NCBI RefSeq assembly: GCF_009914755.1
Contig: NC_060927.1
Reading direction: 5' to 3' (one strand)
Length of the DNA stretch: 64,000 nucleotides
Origin: the human T2T-CHM13v2.0 reference genome, Homo sapiens
The position numbers and the translations under genes were made by a program. Each line of letters begins with the position of its first letter. Position 1 is the stretch's first letter. The notes under the pieces were generated by a model that was not told the DNA's origin, did not search any database, and saw only the letters and a program-made list of their open reading frames with translations. Shown here in pieces: positions 1 through 17,245 of the stretch.

Positions 1-143
1 TGTTTTTAGCTCTTTCATTTAGGTCTTTGGTCTATTTTAATTTTTTTTATTGTGACTTAGGGCTCCAGCTTCATTCTTCTGCATGTGACTACCAGTTGCT
101 CAGCACCAAGACTCATAGTTTTTGGGGGATTTTTTGGTGGTTG

Positions 144-419
144 TTTTTGAGACAGCATCACCCAGGCTGGAGTGCAGTAGTGTGATCATAGTTCACCGCA
201 GCCTTGGCCTGGGCTCAAATGATCCTCCCCGCCTCAGCCTCTCAAGTAGCTGGGACTAAAATGCGTGCCACCACACCCAGCTAACTTTTTTTATTTTTAG
301 TAGAGATGAGGTCTTGCTATGTTGCCCAAGCTAATCTCAAAACTCCTGAGCTCAGGTTATCCTCCTACCTCAGCCTCGCGAAGTGCTGGGATTACAGGTG
401 TGAACCACCATGCCTGGCT
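144..419 (-). mobile_element. Alu (old, AluJ-like)
   Basis: Diverged antisense Alu dimer. Confidence 0.85.
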
Positions 420-878
420 TGTAGTTCTTACTCTTTATTTAGCACACTAAACATTTTGGTTGTTTATCTCCCTCTGTTAGAATGTGAAATTGGTCTGGGG
501 TAGGTACACGTAGGTGGAGATGTCAGGAGGTTAAGAGTGTGGGGTAGGAATTTAGGACAGGTCATGCTATGGGTGTCTAGACTGACAAAGGAACAAATGA
601 GGTCACGATTTCAAGTTAGGGAGTGCAAACAAATTAATGGAGGTAGTCAGATCAGAAGGAGAGCCAAGAAGTTAGAAAGTCATATGGACAGGTGTTCTAA
701 TAACTAGCATCCTGAAACTGCAGGTTTGTAATGGTTTTAATTCACCAGTTACTACAACTAGGTACTAATGGGGCCTGCAGAATGCAGGCAAGTTATGAAT
801 TGCTTCTCCTGGGCTTGAAATAAAGATAATGAATATTATGAGTGATATATTGAGTAAGAAATAATTGCTTATTTTATC

Positions 879-1171
<293 letters not shown>

Positions 1172-1531
1172 TTAGAAATAATTGCTTTAAATAATCTTAT
1201 TTGTATTATCTAAAATAGGAATTATGTTCACATCAGGAATTTAGGATATACATAAAAGTAATCATTAAGGCAGTTCAATTCTTTTGAATTTGCAGCCCAA
1301 GTGGGAACTAGAATTCTAAATAATTGGATATAGTAATACAGACGATGGGTAGGATTTAAGTCATCCACTTTAAAAGTCTTTTTAATCCCTCAACCTAACT
1401 GTTCAGGGATCCAGTCAAAGCATGCCCCAAGAAACCTCTGTAAAATGGTTCATCTCCAAATATGATGGAGAGTAGCACCCAGCCTTCGCAATTTTAATCA
1501 TAAGAAGTGGAGCAACTCTGTAAGATTATGT

Positions 1532-2030
<499 letters not shown>

Positions 2031-3349
2031 GGTTATGTCAAAAAATGATAAATTATTTCCCTAGTAGGCAGTTGGAAGACAACCATAGGGCTAGCTCAAG
2101 CAGGAAATCCCTTAAATTGCATGCTTAGACCAGAAATGATTATCATATTCCTAAATGCATTTTTGGATACTGTTAAATGAGGGAAAGTGGATACTGAAGT
2201 TGGAGGGAAAGACTTGTCAACTGAAATAGTAAATTTCTTTGATTTTTTACAAAACTACACATTTTTGTAGTTCAGTAGTTATCAGTATATAAAGACCATT
2301 TTTAATATCTTATCTGTCATTTCTTAGATAACTGCCTCATCATCAATGTAACTTCTGTAGCTACTCGTTATCCTTCTCCAACAATACTTCCATGATGTTT
2401 GACTTGTCTTTTGACAGCAGATCTGACCATTCCTGAGTTTACTCACTGTAAATGTTAATCTGCCTTACACTACCCCTGGCCACTTTAAATTTGCCCTTTC
2501 ATTATGTTGCTCAGTTATAGCACCTCTGGGTTTTAAGAGTTTCTTTAGAATTCTGCTATTCTTCCTGGTGACTATGAATTCAACCATAATTAACCTTACC
2601 AGAGATAAGCTTTGGCAGCCGCAGAATCATATAGCTCATCTATTTAAGAATCAGAACCTCAGGCCAAGTGTAGCTTGTACCACCTACACACTCTGGGTCT
2701 GTGACTCACCTTACTCACCAGTTCCTGCCTTTTAAAGATCATGTGGGTTATACTTAAGCATCTTTTCATAATGAGGTGTGGGCACAGACTGGAATCTCTT
2801 AGGTTTGTCTTTGGTTTTATTATAAATTGCTGGGACTACTATGGCTTCCTTATTGGATTTCTCTGATTTTACAGTTCAAATGTATGTCTTTAATTAGAAC
2901 CTGAATTAAACAGGGAAGTCAGGGACTCCCAACCTCAGTGGCACCATGGTAATGGGAGTGAAGAGGAGGTTGCAAGCTCCCATTATATTCTTTTGTTCTG
3001 TCCTGACATCCTCTTCTTTTTTTAAAACCTTAGCTCCAGCTGGCAAAAGTGTTAAATCACTTACTGGAATTTTAAAAAATTGTATAGTTTTTAACCTTGA
3101 GCCAGGCAACAGGTAACAAATGTTGACTCGTTTAACCCTGAAAGCCCCTTAAAGAGGGGAAAATAGGTTCTGAAAGGTTAAATAGCTTGCTGGAGTCATA
3201 GCTAGTAATGAAAGAGCCAGGACTCCAACCCAGGTGTTTTGGCTCCAGCATGTTTTTAACCATGAGGCTTTGCTTCCACTCTTCACCTTAGATTTAAGTA
3301 AGGGTAGAGAAGGAACATGATAACCAAATGCTCCTTCGAAATGACTTGA

Positions 3350-3774
<425 letters not shown>

Positions 3775-3802
3775 TGAGATGGCTCTGCTTAATGCTACTA
3801 CT

Positions 3803-5091
<1,289 letters not shown>

Positions 5092-5281
5092 CTAGGTGAG
5101 AGGTGTAAATGTGAAATAATAGGTTTGCATTAGAGCAGTGGTTTGTGACTTTTGGGTGGAAAGTCACAGATCCAAACTCTAGAATTATGAACTCTACCCT
5201 AAAAATGCTCATATACAAAACAGCCTGTTCCATTCCCAGGCATCTCAGGCCCCAAAGTAAGAACCTTATTACTGTTAATAT

Positions 5282-5652
5282 TGTTACTGGTCTGCTCAGG
5301 CTGCCACAAAGGAACATCACAAGCTGAGTGGCTTAAACAGAAATTTATTTTCTCACAGTTCTGGAGATTGGAAATCCAAAATCCAGGAGACGGCCAGGGT
5401 TGGTATCTGGTGAGACATTTCTTCCTGGTGTGTAAACAGATAGCTGCCCTCCCCGTGTCCTCACAGGGCTTTTCCTCCGTGCCGGCAAACTCCTGGTGTG
5501 CCTCCCTCTTCTTACCAGGACACTAGTCCTGGTGGGTTAGGGACTCATTCTTATGACCTCATTTAATCCCCTTATAAAGGCTCTGTCTACAGTCACATAG
5601 CAGGTTAGGCTTTAACCTGTGAATTTTAGGGGGACAAGCTCAGTCCTTAACA
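5282..5652 (-). mobile_element. MLT1-family MaLR LTR
   Basis: ggcttaaacagaaatttattttctcacagttctggag...gaattttagggggaca...aaca. Confidence 0.75.
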
Positions 5653-6218
5653 GTGTAAATACTAAATCTGAGTATAATTGAGTACTGTATTTACAGTAAG
5701 GATTCCTACCTCTTCAAGTGCTAAGGGACCATGTGTTCCAGGTGGTTTGTTGCTGAATCCTAGGCACAGGTTGAGGATTCCTACCTGTTGAATTAACGAA
5801 TGTTGGTGAGATCAGACTAATGCACAGGAAAATTCGTGGAGGGATATAAGGTGATAATTTAAATATCACAGATTAAAATATCGTAGCCATTCAGAAAAGA
5901 AACTCATACTAATCTAATCAAGGCAAGTTCTGCCCCCTCCCCTTTTTAAACAAGAAGACTACCTATGCTTGGAATTATTTGTATATAAGAGGATATTGTT
6001 GCTGGCATTAGGACATTTACAGATTAACAGCCAAAGCCAGAGTTCAAGTGGCTTATACAGAGTATGGGCAGATGCTGGAAAGTTAGGAGGAGAAACTGAG
6101 ACCTGGAGCCTTAAATGGTAAACTGTGTGTCTAAGTTTGAACTGGAAAACCATTCATAATTTTGGCAGAAAAGAAAGTGGTATATTAGGTAATTTAAAAA
6201 GTAACTATTTCAAAGAAT

Positions 6219-6517
6219 TTTTTTTTTTTTTTTTTTGAGATGGAGTCTCACTCTGTCACCCAGGCTAGAGTGCAGTGGTGCGATCTCGGCTCACTGCAAC
6301 CTCCACCTCCTGGTTCAAGTGATTCTCCTGCCTCAGCCTCCCATGTAGCTGGGATTACAGGCACGTGCCGGCACACCTGGCTAATTTTGGTATTTTTAGT
6401 AGAGATGGAGTTTCGTCATGTTGGCCAGGCTGGTCTCGAACTCCTGACCTAAAGTAATCTGCCCACCTTGGCCTCCCAAAGTGCTGGGATTACAAGTGTG
6501 AGCCACTGTGCCTGGCC
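6219..6517 (-). mobile_element. Alu (AluS-like)
   Basis: Antisense dimer; TSD ctatttcaaag.att. Confidence 0.92.
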
Positions 6518-7087
6518 TATTTCAAAGGATTCTGAGTAATAAAATTCAGGGAAACGTACTACAATCTACAAAATGATTCAGCTAAAATAAAATAGCTCTG
6601 ATAAAGACAGGCCCATGTGGTTTTTGTTTGGTGGGAGGGGGACAGTTTACATCATAATGCTACCTATTTCTCTGTGTAGAATTTGTATTGTCCTAAGCTG
6701 TGAACTAGCTCAAAGCTGAAAACCCTGTAGGACCAATCCTCTAGCAGCAGGGATACCCTCAACTCCATTTTGAAGAAAATCTGATGAAAATTTAAGGGAT
6801 TTTGTGTCCAAGTTGAGCACTCTCTCCTTCACTGTTTGAATCTGCCTTTCAGAAAGTCATTTGGAATTGAACGGTTTACATCAAAATTACATTCCTAACG
6901 GATTCTAGTTTGTCCTTAAAATGAAATTAGGTGTATTTATAGAGAATTCTGGTAACGCATGTAGTATTAGGTGTTTAGGTTTAGCATAATAAAGGCTAAT
7001 GCAATACAGAGTTCCAATAACAGTATGTTTTAATCTAATAGGGCAATATTCTAAATAACAAATATCAGAAATGTTAAGCAATTCATT

Positions 7088-7692
<605 letters not shown>

Positions 7693-7816
7693 CCTGCAAT
7701 TCATTTTTTACGTTACATAAATGTTTTGTTGCTTCAACAGAAGAACAGATGCCAGGGTGCTCTTTTAAAAAATTTATCTATGTAAACACATCTTAATACT
7801 AATTTGAGTTACTACT

Positions 7817-7829
7817 TTTATTCTTTATT
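7817..7829 (-). terminator. distal polyadenylation signal (AATAAA-G-AATAAA)
   Basis: The plus strand reads tttattctttatt; UGUA motifs lie upstream on the minus strand. Confidence 0.85.
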
Positions 7830-8208
7830 GTCACATTTTCCAAGTTTTGCGCATTCAAACTTGGCAAACATCATGGAGATTTGTACAAACATACATATAC
7901 ATATATACACACATATTTATAGCCCCAGCTTCCTCATTAAACCTTGTGCTCAGGCTCCTGTTAAAAGAGGTAAAATGGTGAGAAGATAAAAATCAGGGAA
8001 AACATGAATAAATGCTGACTGACAAATCTTGTTGTTATGAATTTGTAAGGCAGACATTTTAAAGCAAAATCCATTACCTTGCTAAAATTTCCACTAAGCT
8101 ACAGCTTCAGATATTTACAAGAAAAATAAATATCTTTTAACAGACTTCAATGTGGTTTAACAGCAAGCTAGCTGAGGAGTTGTATTTTGTTGTTATTTCA
8201 GGTAACTT

Positions 8209-8214
8209 TTTATT
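8209..8214 (-). terminator. candidate proximal polyadenylation signal AATAAA
   Basis: tttatt on the plus strand, ~190 nt after the stop codon; usage cannot be shown from sequence. Confidence 0.35.
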
Positions 8215-8402
8215 AAGAAACAGTTAATATTTCAGTGATTACAATTTCAGGTGTTCAAAACTCAAGAAGGGTCATCATTATACTCTGAAGCAGAATTCTT
8301 CAGGTACTCATCTTTAAATTACTACCCAAATCTATCACAGTCACATTCAGGCTTTCAATTTTTAAAAACATTTAATGTTTGGTAACTAAAGGGTAGATGC
8401 GA

Positions 8403-8546
8403 TTAGTGTACTCTAGGTCGTTTGATTTTATTTTTTTCTGTAGGAGCTTTCCTCTTTTGTGATAATCCAGTCCCAAGTTCCTTATTATTCTGAATAAATG
8501 AAATAGCTTCTGGTAGACAGTAATTTTCTACATGAGGAGGTGATTC
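8403..8546 (-). CDS. TOPBP1: TOPBP1 exon 28 coding part ([13 protein letters not shown]...KRPRVH*, C-terminal NLS)
   Basis: Acceptor ttatag|GAA TCA; 144 nt ending in TAA. Confidence 0.96.
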
Positions 8547-9765
8547 CTATAAAAGGAAAAATAAGTGATTTTTTAAAATGATTTCAAACATTTACGTGAT
8601 CTGGTAATAGATTTTTTCTTTAAATCTCAGACCTCTCAGGGATGAATCTGACAAACTTAAAGGAAAACGCATATTCATTCCTAGGTTCCAGCAAATTAAA
8701 CAAAATGGACCCTGTGGGACAAAGTCTCACCTTTTATCAAAGAAATACGTGTATGGTTCAGGTAGAGTGGGACTAGCTCAGATCTTACAAACATTTCATA
8801 TCGGTGTTTTTAATCCCCATTTTTGAGATAAAATAAAAAAGGTTAAATGAAAACAACCAATGTCACATAACTAGCAGGTAGCAAAGCCAAATTTCATAAC
8901 TGATCTGACTCCAAAACCCTTGCATTTTCCCCCCACAACCATTTCCCAACATAGAAATGGATCTTTTCCTCCTTATTATAAGTGTAATAAAACTTAATTT
9001 TCTAGCAATATGGCAGACTGGGCAACCTGAAAATGAATCACCACAAAATACCAAGTAAGTGCCTTTTGATTCAATTCTTCCATGGATAACAGCTACAAAT
9101 TCTGACCAAAATATATTAAAAGCAACCATAGAGCCTGGAGAATAAACGAACCAAGCAAATGGGGGGCTGGGGACGCAAACACAGTGTATGAAGTAAACTG
9201 CCTGTTAAACAACACAGTACTCTTTGGAGGAGCAAAGGAACAATAGAACCTAGAGTTTCTTTTTTAGGGGGAGATAAGGGTCTTGCTGTGTTGCCCAGGC
9301 TGGTGGCTGGTCTCAAAAATGACACATTGAATACAAGGGAACAATTCAAATGACCATCACTGATTTCTCAACAGAAACAATGGAGGCCAGCAGACAGTGA
9401 AGTCTTTAATAGAAGAAAAAAACCTGTCAATCTATAATTCTGTATCCTGCAAAACTGTCCTTCAACAATGAAGGTAGAATAGACATTTCATACAACAGAA
9501 AGCTAGAATTGATCCCCAATCAACCTGCACTCCAAACTAAAGTTAGTTCTTCAGGCTGAAGGAAAATGTTATCAGATGGAAACTCAGATCTTCAGGGAAA
9601 ACTGACACTCAAACTGGTATACATGAGGGTAATTATAAAATACCATTTTTTATTTTAGTTTCCTCAAAATGCACAGAATTGTTAAAAGCAAAACCTATTT
9701 AAAGTAAAATCTTATTTGGGGCTATAAGATGTAGATGTAAAATATATGACAACTACTGCATAAAG

Positions 9766-9985
9766 CAGAGGTCAGCACACTTTCTGTAAAGGCTCAGACA
9801 GAAACATTTTAGATTTTGTGGGATAGATGATTTGTGCTGAAACTACTTAACTCTGCCATTATAGTGCAAAAGCAGCCATAGAAAATACATAAATGAATGA
9901 GTATGGCTGTTTTCCAACAAACCTTTATTTATAAAATAGGCAGTGGGCCAGGTTTGGCCAGGTGGCTATAGTTTACTGACCCCTG
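9766..9985 (+). mobile_element. MER58A-like hAT-Charlie element
   Basis: cagaggtcagca...tgacccctg termini; TSD gcataaag/gtataaag. Confidence 0.8.
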
Positions 9986-10037
9986 GTATAAAGGACAGGG
10001 GAAGCAAATGAACCAACTTGGATGCAAGAGATCTACC

Positions 10038-10398
<361 letters not shown>

Positions 10399-11247
10399 TA
10401 AATATATTTTTGCTTTAGAAGGCCAATGGATAAAATAAAATTCTAAAAATATTAAACTAATACAAAAAAAGCCAAGAAAGACAAAGAAGAACAAGGACAA
10501 AGAACAAATAGAAAACAAACAGCAAAAAACCCCATCCCTAAATCCAATCATATCAATAATTACATGATGGACTAAACACTCCAAAGAATAAAAAAGCAAG
10601 GCCCAACTATATCCTATCTACAAGAAAGCCATTTTAAATATATGACACAGACAAGTTTAAAATTAAAAACCATGCAAAGAGATATCATGACACAGAGTAA
10701 ACAGGAAAAGGCTATATTAACCTCAGATAATGTACATTCAAGGCGGAGTAAGCCCAGAGATACGTGTTATAACAAAGGATCAATATGTGAAAATCAAAGA
10801 AATTATATATGGGTAAACAACTAGCAACAAAGTTTGAAATAAATGGGGTAAAAGCTGACAAAATTAAAGAGAAAAAACAGACAATTCCACAAACAGCTGG
10901 AGATTTTAGTATCAGTAATTGATATAACTAAACAAACAAAAAAACCCACATACACAGAAAATCTGATCAACATTATCAACCATATTAACCTATTTGATAT
11001 TTTTAGAACACAACACCCAACAGCTGCAGAATATAAAATCTTTCACATATATGATATGTTCATTAAGATAGATGAAGCTGGGTGATAAAACAAGTCTCAA
11101 TAACTTTAAAAGAATTAAAATTATAGAGTATTTTCTGTGATTACAATGGAATTCAATGGGCAATCACAAATTAAAAAGATAGAAAAAAAAATCCTCTTAT
11201 ATTTAGGAACTAAACAACAGACTCCTAAATAAGCCAGTTATAAATGA

Positions 11248-11590
<343 letters not shown>

Positions 11591-11792
11591 AGGAATAAAC
11601 TTATTACACTAAAAGGATAATAAGAATATTATGAAGAACTTTATGCCAACAAATTTGATAAGATGAAATGGATATATTATTTGAAAAACACCAGTTATTA
11701 AAAACTGACATAAAATGAAACAGAAAATAGGAAAAGCGCTGTATCTAGTAAAGAAAATTCGTTACAAAAAACCACATATAAAGAAAACTCCA

Positions 11793-12366
<574 letters not shown>

Positions 12367-13071
12367 GAAAACTCCAGACCTTCAAACATTCAAGGAAGAA
12401 AGAGGCATCTTACACAAACTCTTCGAGAAAATCAAGGGAGAACTTCCCAACTTGTTTGTGATGCCAGCAAAACGCTAATACCAAAAGATGACAAAAACAT
12501 TACAAAACAATGAGAATTACATACCAATATCCCACCCTGAAAATAATTTTAAAAATTTTTACTCAACTAAATCTAGCAATATATACAAAGATTAATATGG
12601 CGTGATCAAGTGGGACTGATACATGAAACTTAACATTTGAAAATGTATGTAATTCCCCATAGTAATAGAAGGAAAGAGAAAAACCTTATAACAACTCCAA
12701 CAGAAGTAGAAAAAGACATTTTATAAAAGTTAACCCCAATTAATGATGAAAAAGAAATCTTAGTAAACTAGGAATAAAAGGACTCTTCCTCAATCTGGAA
12801 AAAAAAATCTATGAAGACCCTATAGCTGGTGAAATATTGAACACTTTCCACCTAGGCTAGGGAATAAAGACAAGGAGGCCCAATCTCACCACTTCTATTC
12901 AGCAGCATACTTGAGGTCCTAGCCACATAAGACAACAAGAAATAAAAGGCATAAAGAAGGGAAAATCTACAAATCTCTTTGCAGATAAAATGATTGCTTA
13001 TGTAGGAAAGCCTAAGGTACTAATTGTACTAAGTGAATTTTATTAAGATCATAGGGTATAAAAGACTGACA

Positions 13072-13362
13072 GGCAAGGCACAGTGGCTCACACCTGTAAT
13101 CCCAGTACTTTGGGAGGCCGAGGCAGGTGGATTGCTTGAGACCAGCCTGGGCAACCTGGTGAAACCCTATCTCTACCCCTTCCCCTTGCCAAAAAAAAAA
13201 TTAGCTGGGCATGGTGGCACATGGCTGTAGTCCTAGCTACTTGGGAGGCTGAGGTGGATCTCCTGGGCCTGGGAGGCAGAGGTTGCAGTAAGCCAAGATC
13301 ACGCCACTGCACTCCAGCCTGGGCAACAGAGTGAGACCTTGCCTCAAAATAAATAAATAATA
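13072..13362 (+). mobile_element. Alu (AluJ-like)
   Basis: Sense dimer. Confidence 0.85.
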
Positions 13363-14289
13363 ATATACAAAATTTATATTCTTTTGGATTGGCAGCAAAT
13401 TGTAGAAAAAAATCTAAATGTAAATCTAGAAATTTTTATTTACAATAGCATCACAAAATAGGAATAAATTTAACAAAAGATAGGTAAGTTCCCTTACTGA
13501 AAAACCACAAAATGTTGCTGAGAGAAATTAAAGAAGACCTAAATAGAGACATTCTAGGTTTATGGAATAGAATGCTCAACACTGTAAAGATGTTTACTGT
13601 CCTCAAGTTGGTCTATAGAGTCAGTGCAATCCTAATCTTAACCACTCTAGGCCTTTTTTTTTTTTTTTTTTTTGTAGAAACTAACAAGCTGAGTCTAAAG
13701 TCCATATGGAAATGCAAAGGACATGGAACAGCTAAATAACCTTGAAAAAGACAACTAAAATTGTAGTCTTAATACTAGCTTCAAAAGTTGCTGTACAGCT
13801 ACAGTAATCAAGACACAGTAGGAAAGGTATCAACAAGTAGATAATGAAACAGAATAGAGACTCACAAAAATACGATCATTTGATTTTTTATCAAGATGCC
13901 AAAGCTTTTGTGGGAAAGGAAAATCTGTTCAACAAATGGTGCTAGAACACCTAGATATCTATATGGAAAAAAACCAGCCCTAGTCCATACCTCAGAGCAT
14001 TAAGAAAAATTAATTTGTAATAGGTCATAGAGCTAAACATAAAAGCTAAAACAATAACTTTTTAGAAAAAAATATTAAATACACACACACACACCAACAA
14101 ACAAACAAACAAACAAAGAGACCATGAAAGAAAAAGTGCTCGATGTCATTAGTCATCAGGGAAATACAAATTACAAACACTTTGTACAAATTACAATGTG
14201 CTCCCACTATAAACCTACCGCATGGCTAAAAATCAAATGACTGCCAACACTAAATGTTGGCAAAATATGGAATAACCAGAAGGCTTACA

Positions 14290-14444
14290 CAGATTGAGTA
14301 TCCCTTATCTGAAGTGCTTAGAATCAGAAGTATTTCAGATTTTGGAATATTTATATTTACTGGTTGAGCAACCGAAACCCAGAAATCAGAAATGTTTACG
14401 ATTTTGTACCATTTCTAACTTTTGGATTTGGGATGCTCAATCTG
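14290..14444. mobile_element. MER46/Tigger4-like TcMar MITE
   Basis: Terminal inverted repeats (TIRs) cagattgagtatccc...gggatgctcaatctg followed by TA. Confidence 0.7.
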
Positions 14445-14802
14445 TATATTATTGGTGGAAAGTGTAAAATGGTAAAAATCCCTGTATATTTTTAGTAGCT
14501 TTACTAATGATAACCAAGATGACAAACAGCTACTAAAAATATACAGGCTTTTTTATGGACATATTTTTTCATTTTTCCTGGGTAAATAGGACAGAATTGC
14601 TGTGTAATAGAATAAGTAAATATTTCGTTTTTTAAGAAGCTGCCAGGCCTTTTGTCAAAGGGATTTTTACCATTTTACACTTCCCACCAATAATGTACAG
14701 ATTGAGCATCTCAAATCCAAAAGTTAGAAATGGTACAAAATCCTAAACTTTCGAGCACTTATGTGATGCTCAAGGGAAGTGCTTATTGGAACATTTCTGA
14801 TT
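14384..14802. repeat. fold-back inverted duplication (three paired blocks)
   Basis: 14481-14500/14528-14547 pair 20/20; 14394-14483/14659-14748 pair 86/90; 14384-14396/14790-14802 pair 13/13. Confidence 0.93.
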
Positions 14803-15692
14803 CCAGGAGTCCAAGGGTCCATCAATAGGAAAATGAATCAACTATGGTATATTCAGACAAAGAAATACTACTCAGCAATAAAAAGGAATGAACTACTGGT
14901 ATACACTACAACTTGAATGAATGTCAAAAACATCACGTTGAGTGAAAACCTTAGATAAAATCGTGGATACTAATCAGTATGCCCTCTGCTCTATAACGGC
15001 TTCACATTTGTGTTTTAGGCATTCTATTAAATCCTGAGCAATCTCCAAGCACAGCAGCAAAATCACAAAGCTGACTTTGAGTGTTGGCCTCCCCTTATTT
15101 CTGTATCATCCCAGTTGAAATCCTTCATAGATTATGATTATGAAATCTAATCCTTATGATTATGTGTCATGCCTGCTGACTCCTGATGGCCTTTTGGGCA
15201 CTCTGGTGTCAGAAGATTTTTCTTACCCCATTCAAATTACACAACACAGGCCAATTCTGAATATGAGAGTAGTAAGCCCACCATATAGCAAATGCTTAAA
15301 TTTACCACAGTGTCTAACATAGGTATTTAATGTACATGAAAGCAAACAGTCAAGAAAACTAAAGGACCTTTGGATAAATGTTTCTCCTTGGACTCCTGGA
15401 ATCGATTTCTGCTTTATATTCCAACATTTTAAAGGGTATTTTTAAAGCCTTTAGAGGTACCTAGATTTTTATACTCTTCTCATATTTAACTTCCAAGCTA
15501 AATGTTTACATAATATGTTCATTATAATAAAAAACACAAATAGAATAAAACTGAAAGGGCTGGAATAGAAGAGAATAACAGGAGACTAATCTTCTACTAA
15601 TCATGAGCTGAAGGTTTTGTTGTGCAGTTACTTATCTATGCACATAAACGTATCTCTGGTAATGAGGAGGTCAAGGATAGAATCTCACAAAC

Positions 15693-15854
15693 CTGCATGA
15701 GATAATCAGCAATGTATTCTGTTCTCAAGCAGTACACGTTCTGGGCAGCAGCTTCTGCTATATTAACTCCCGAGTCATCTGGTTTCAGTTTATTCAAGTC
15801 AGAAAAAAGATGTGTGGCCTCTTTAAATAAAGGTACAGAATGACCAGGTAGCAC
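15693..15854 (-). CDS. TOPBP1: TOPBP1 exon 27 (BRCT8: [12 protein letters not shown]...DYLMQ)
   Basis: tag|GTG...CAG|gtttgt; 162 nt; overlaps ORF 15636..15854. Confidence 0.96.
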
Positions 15855-16030
15855 CTAATGAAAAAACAAGGTAGTATCACAATCTACCAGTATTCCAAAG
15901 TAGTTCAGCTGTATAATGTGTACTTAAGGATTACCATTTCAAAAAGTAGAGAAAATGAAGAACTCATCATAGCAATCTTGGTTAGATGATTATTCATGTA
16001 AAAAGGTCAGTAAATTAATTTGATACAAAC

Positions 16031-16120
16031 CTTTGCTCCTCCTGACTGAAGAAGGCGTTTGAAGCCTGCTTCTCGAGACTGATCCACATGTAAAATAACC
16101 TTCCACCCACTAAATGCTCC
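16031..16120 (-). CDS. TOPBP1: TOPBP1 exon 26 (BRCT8: [13 protein letters not shown]...GGAK)
   Basis: tgtag|GGA...AAG|gtttgt; 90 nt. Confidence 0.96.
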
Positions 16121-16637
16121 CTACAAATAAAAAACAATCAGTGGTGAAATCATTTGGAAAATAACAAAATAATACAGATAATGCATGATTTTATCTGTAG
16201 ACTTAGTTTTGTCAATAAATCTTATAAACTTTACTTTTGCCACAGTATAATTATCTCTGGCCAGAACACTGAAACGTGAATCCATGGTATCTGGCACATA
16301 GTAGGCCATCAAGAAATACGTGAGGAATGAAAAACCATTAATGATTAGGTAACATTAAAACAAAGCAGTGTAATTGATGTTTAGTCTTTTCTAGTATTTT
16401 TTTCTTTTGATTAATCAAGGGAAGAGCTTCAAGCAGAGCTCCTTAGGTTAGATGAAGCCTGCGTTTCACTTCTCTTAAAAATGTTTACAAACTGGAAACA
16501 AAATATTTAGGAAGGGAATAACAACTAACAAAAGCCAGTGGAATTACTCTAAAAGAGAGGGTATCATGGCTAATAAGGATTTGGAGATATCAGAGAACTT
16601 AGAATACAACATGAAAGACTATTTAACTCAGGGGTTC

Positions 16638-17006
16638 TGATAATGGTTTGGCTGTGTCCCCACCCAAAATCTCATCTTGAATTGTAATCCGAATGATAAT
16701 CTCCAAGTGTTGGGGGAGGGACCTCGTGGGAGGTGATCAGATGGTGGGGGCAGTTCCCTCATGCTGTTCTCCTGATAGTGAGTTCTCAGGAGATCTGATG
16801 GTTTTATAAGGGGTTTTTCCCCACTTTGCTCTGCACTTCTCTCTCCTGCCACCATGTGAAGAAGGACGTGTTTGCTTCTTACATGACTGTAAGCTTCCTG
16901 AGGCCTCTGTAGCCATGTGGAACTGTGAGTCAATTAAACCTCTTTCCTTTATAAATGACCCAGTCTCAGGTGTTGCTTCATAGCAGCGTGAGAACGAACT
17001 AATACA
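16638..17006 (+). mobile_element. THE1-family MaLR solo LTR
   Basis: tgataatggtttggctgtgtccccacccaaaatctcatcttgaattgta...gaactaataca. Confidence 0.88.
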
Positions 17007-17245
17007 ATTAACCTTTTTGTAAGCCATGGATCCCTTTGGCAGTCTGGTCATTAGACTACTCTAAATAATAGCTGTATTGAGATATAATTCCCAAACCTTA
17101 TGGGTGATTTTTAGAAAATGTTAAAATTAAAATATAAAGGATTACAAAAGGAAGCCATTTTATTGAAAGTTATCAAAATATTAAAAACAAATTTGTTGTG
17201 TAATTATAGATGTGCTTTATATTAAAGTAGCAGACAATAACTAAT

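Larger units (their letters stand above)
7800..8402 (-). other. TOPBP1: TOPBP1 3' UTR
   Basis: AU-rich sequence between the TAA stop (8403-8405) and the tandem AATAAA at 7817-7829; the cleavage site is inferred. Confidence 0.85.

Noticed and set aside
5699-5790. 13-bp direct repeat aggattcctacct (similarly an 18-bp repeat near 52339-52393)
   Set aside because: Only two short copies; compatible with ordinary local duplication or chance.
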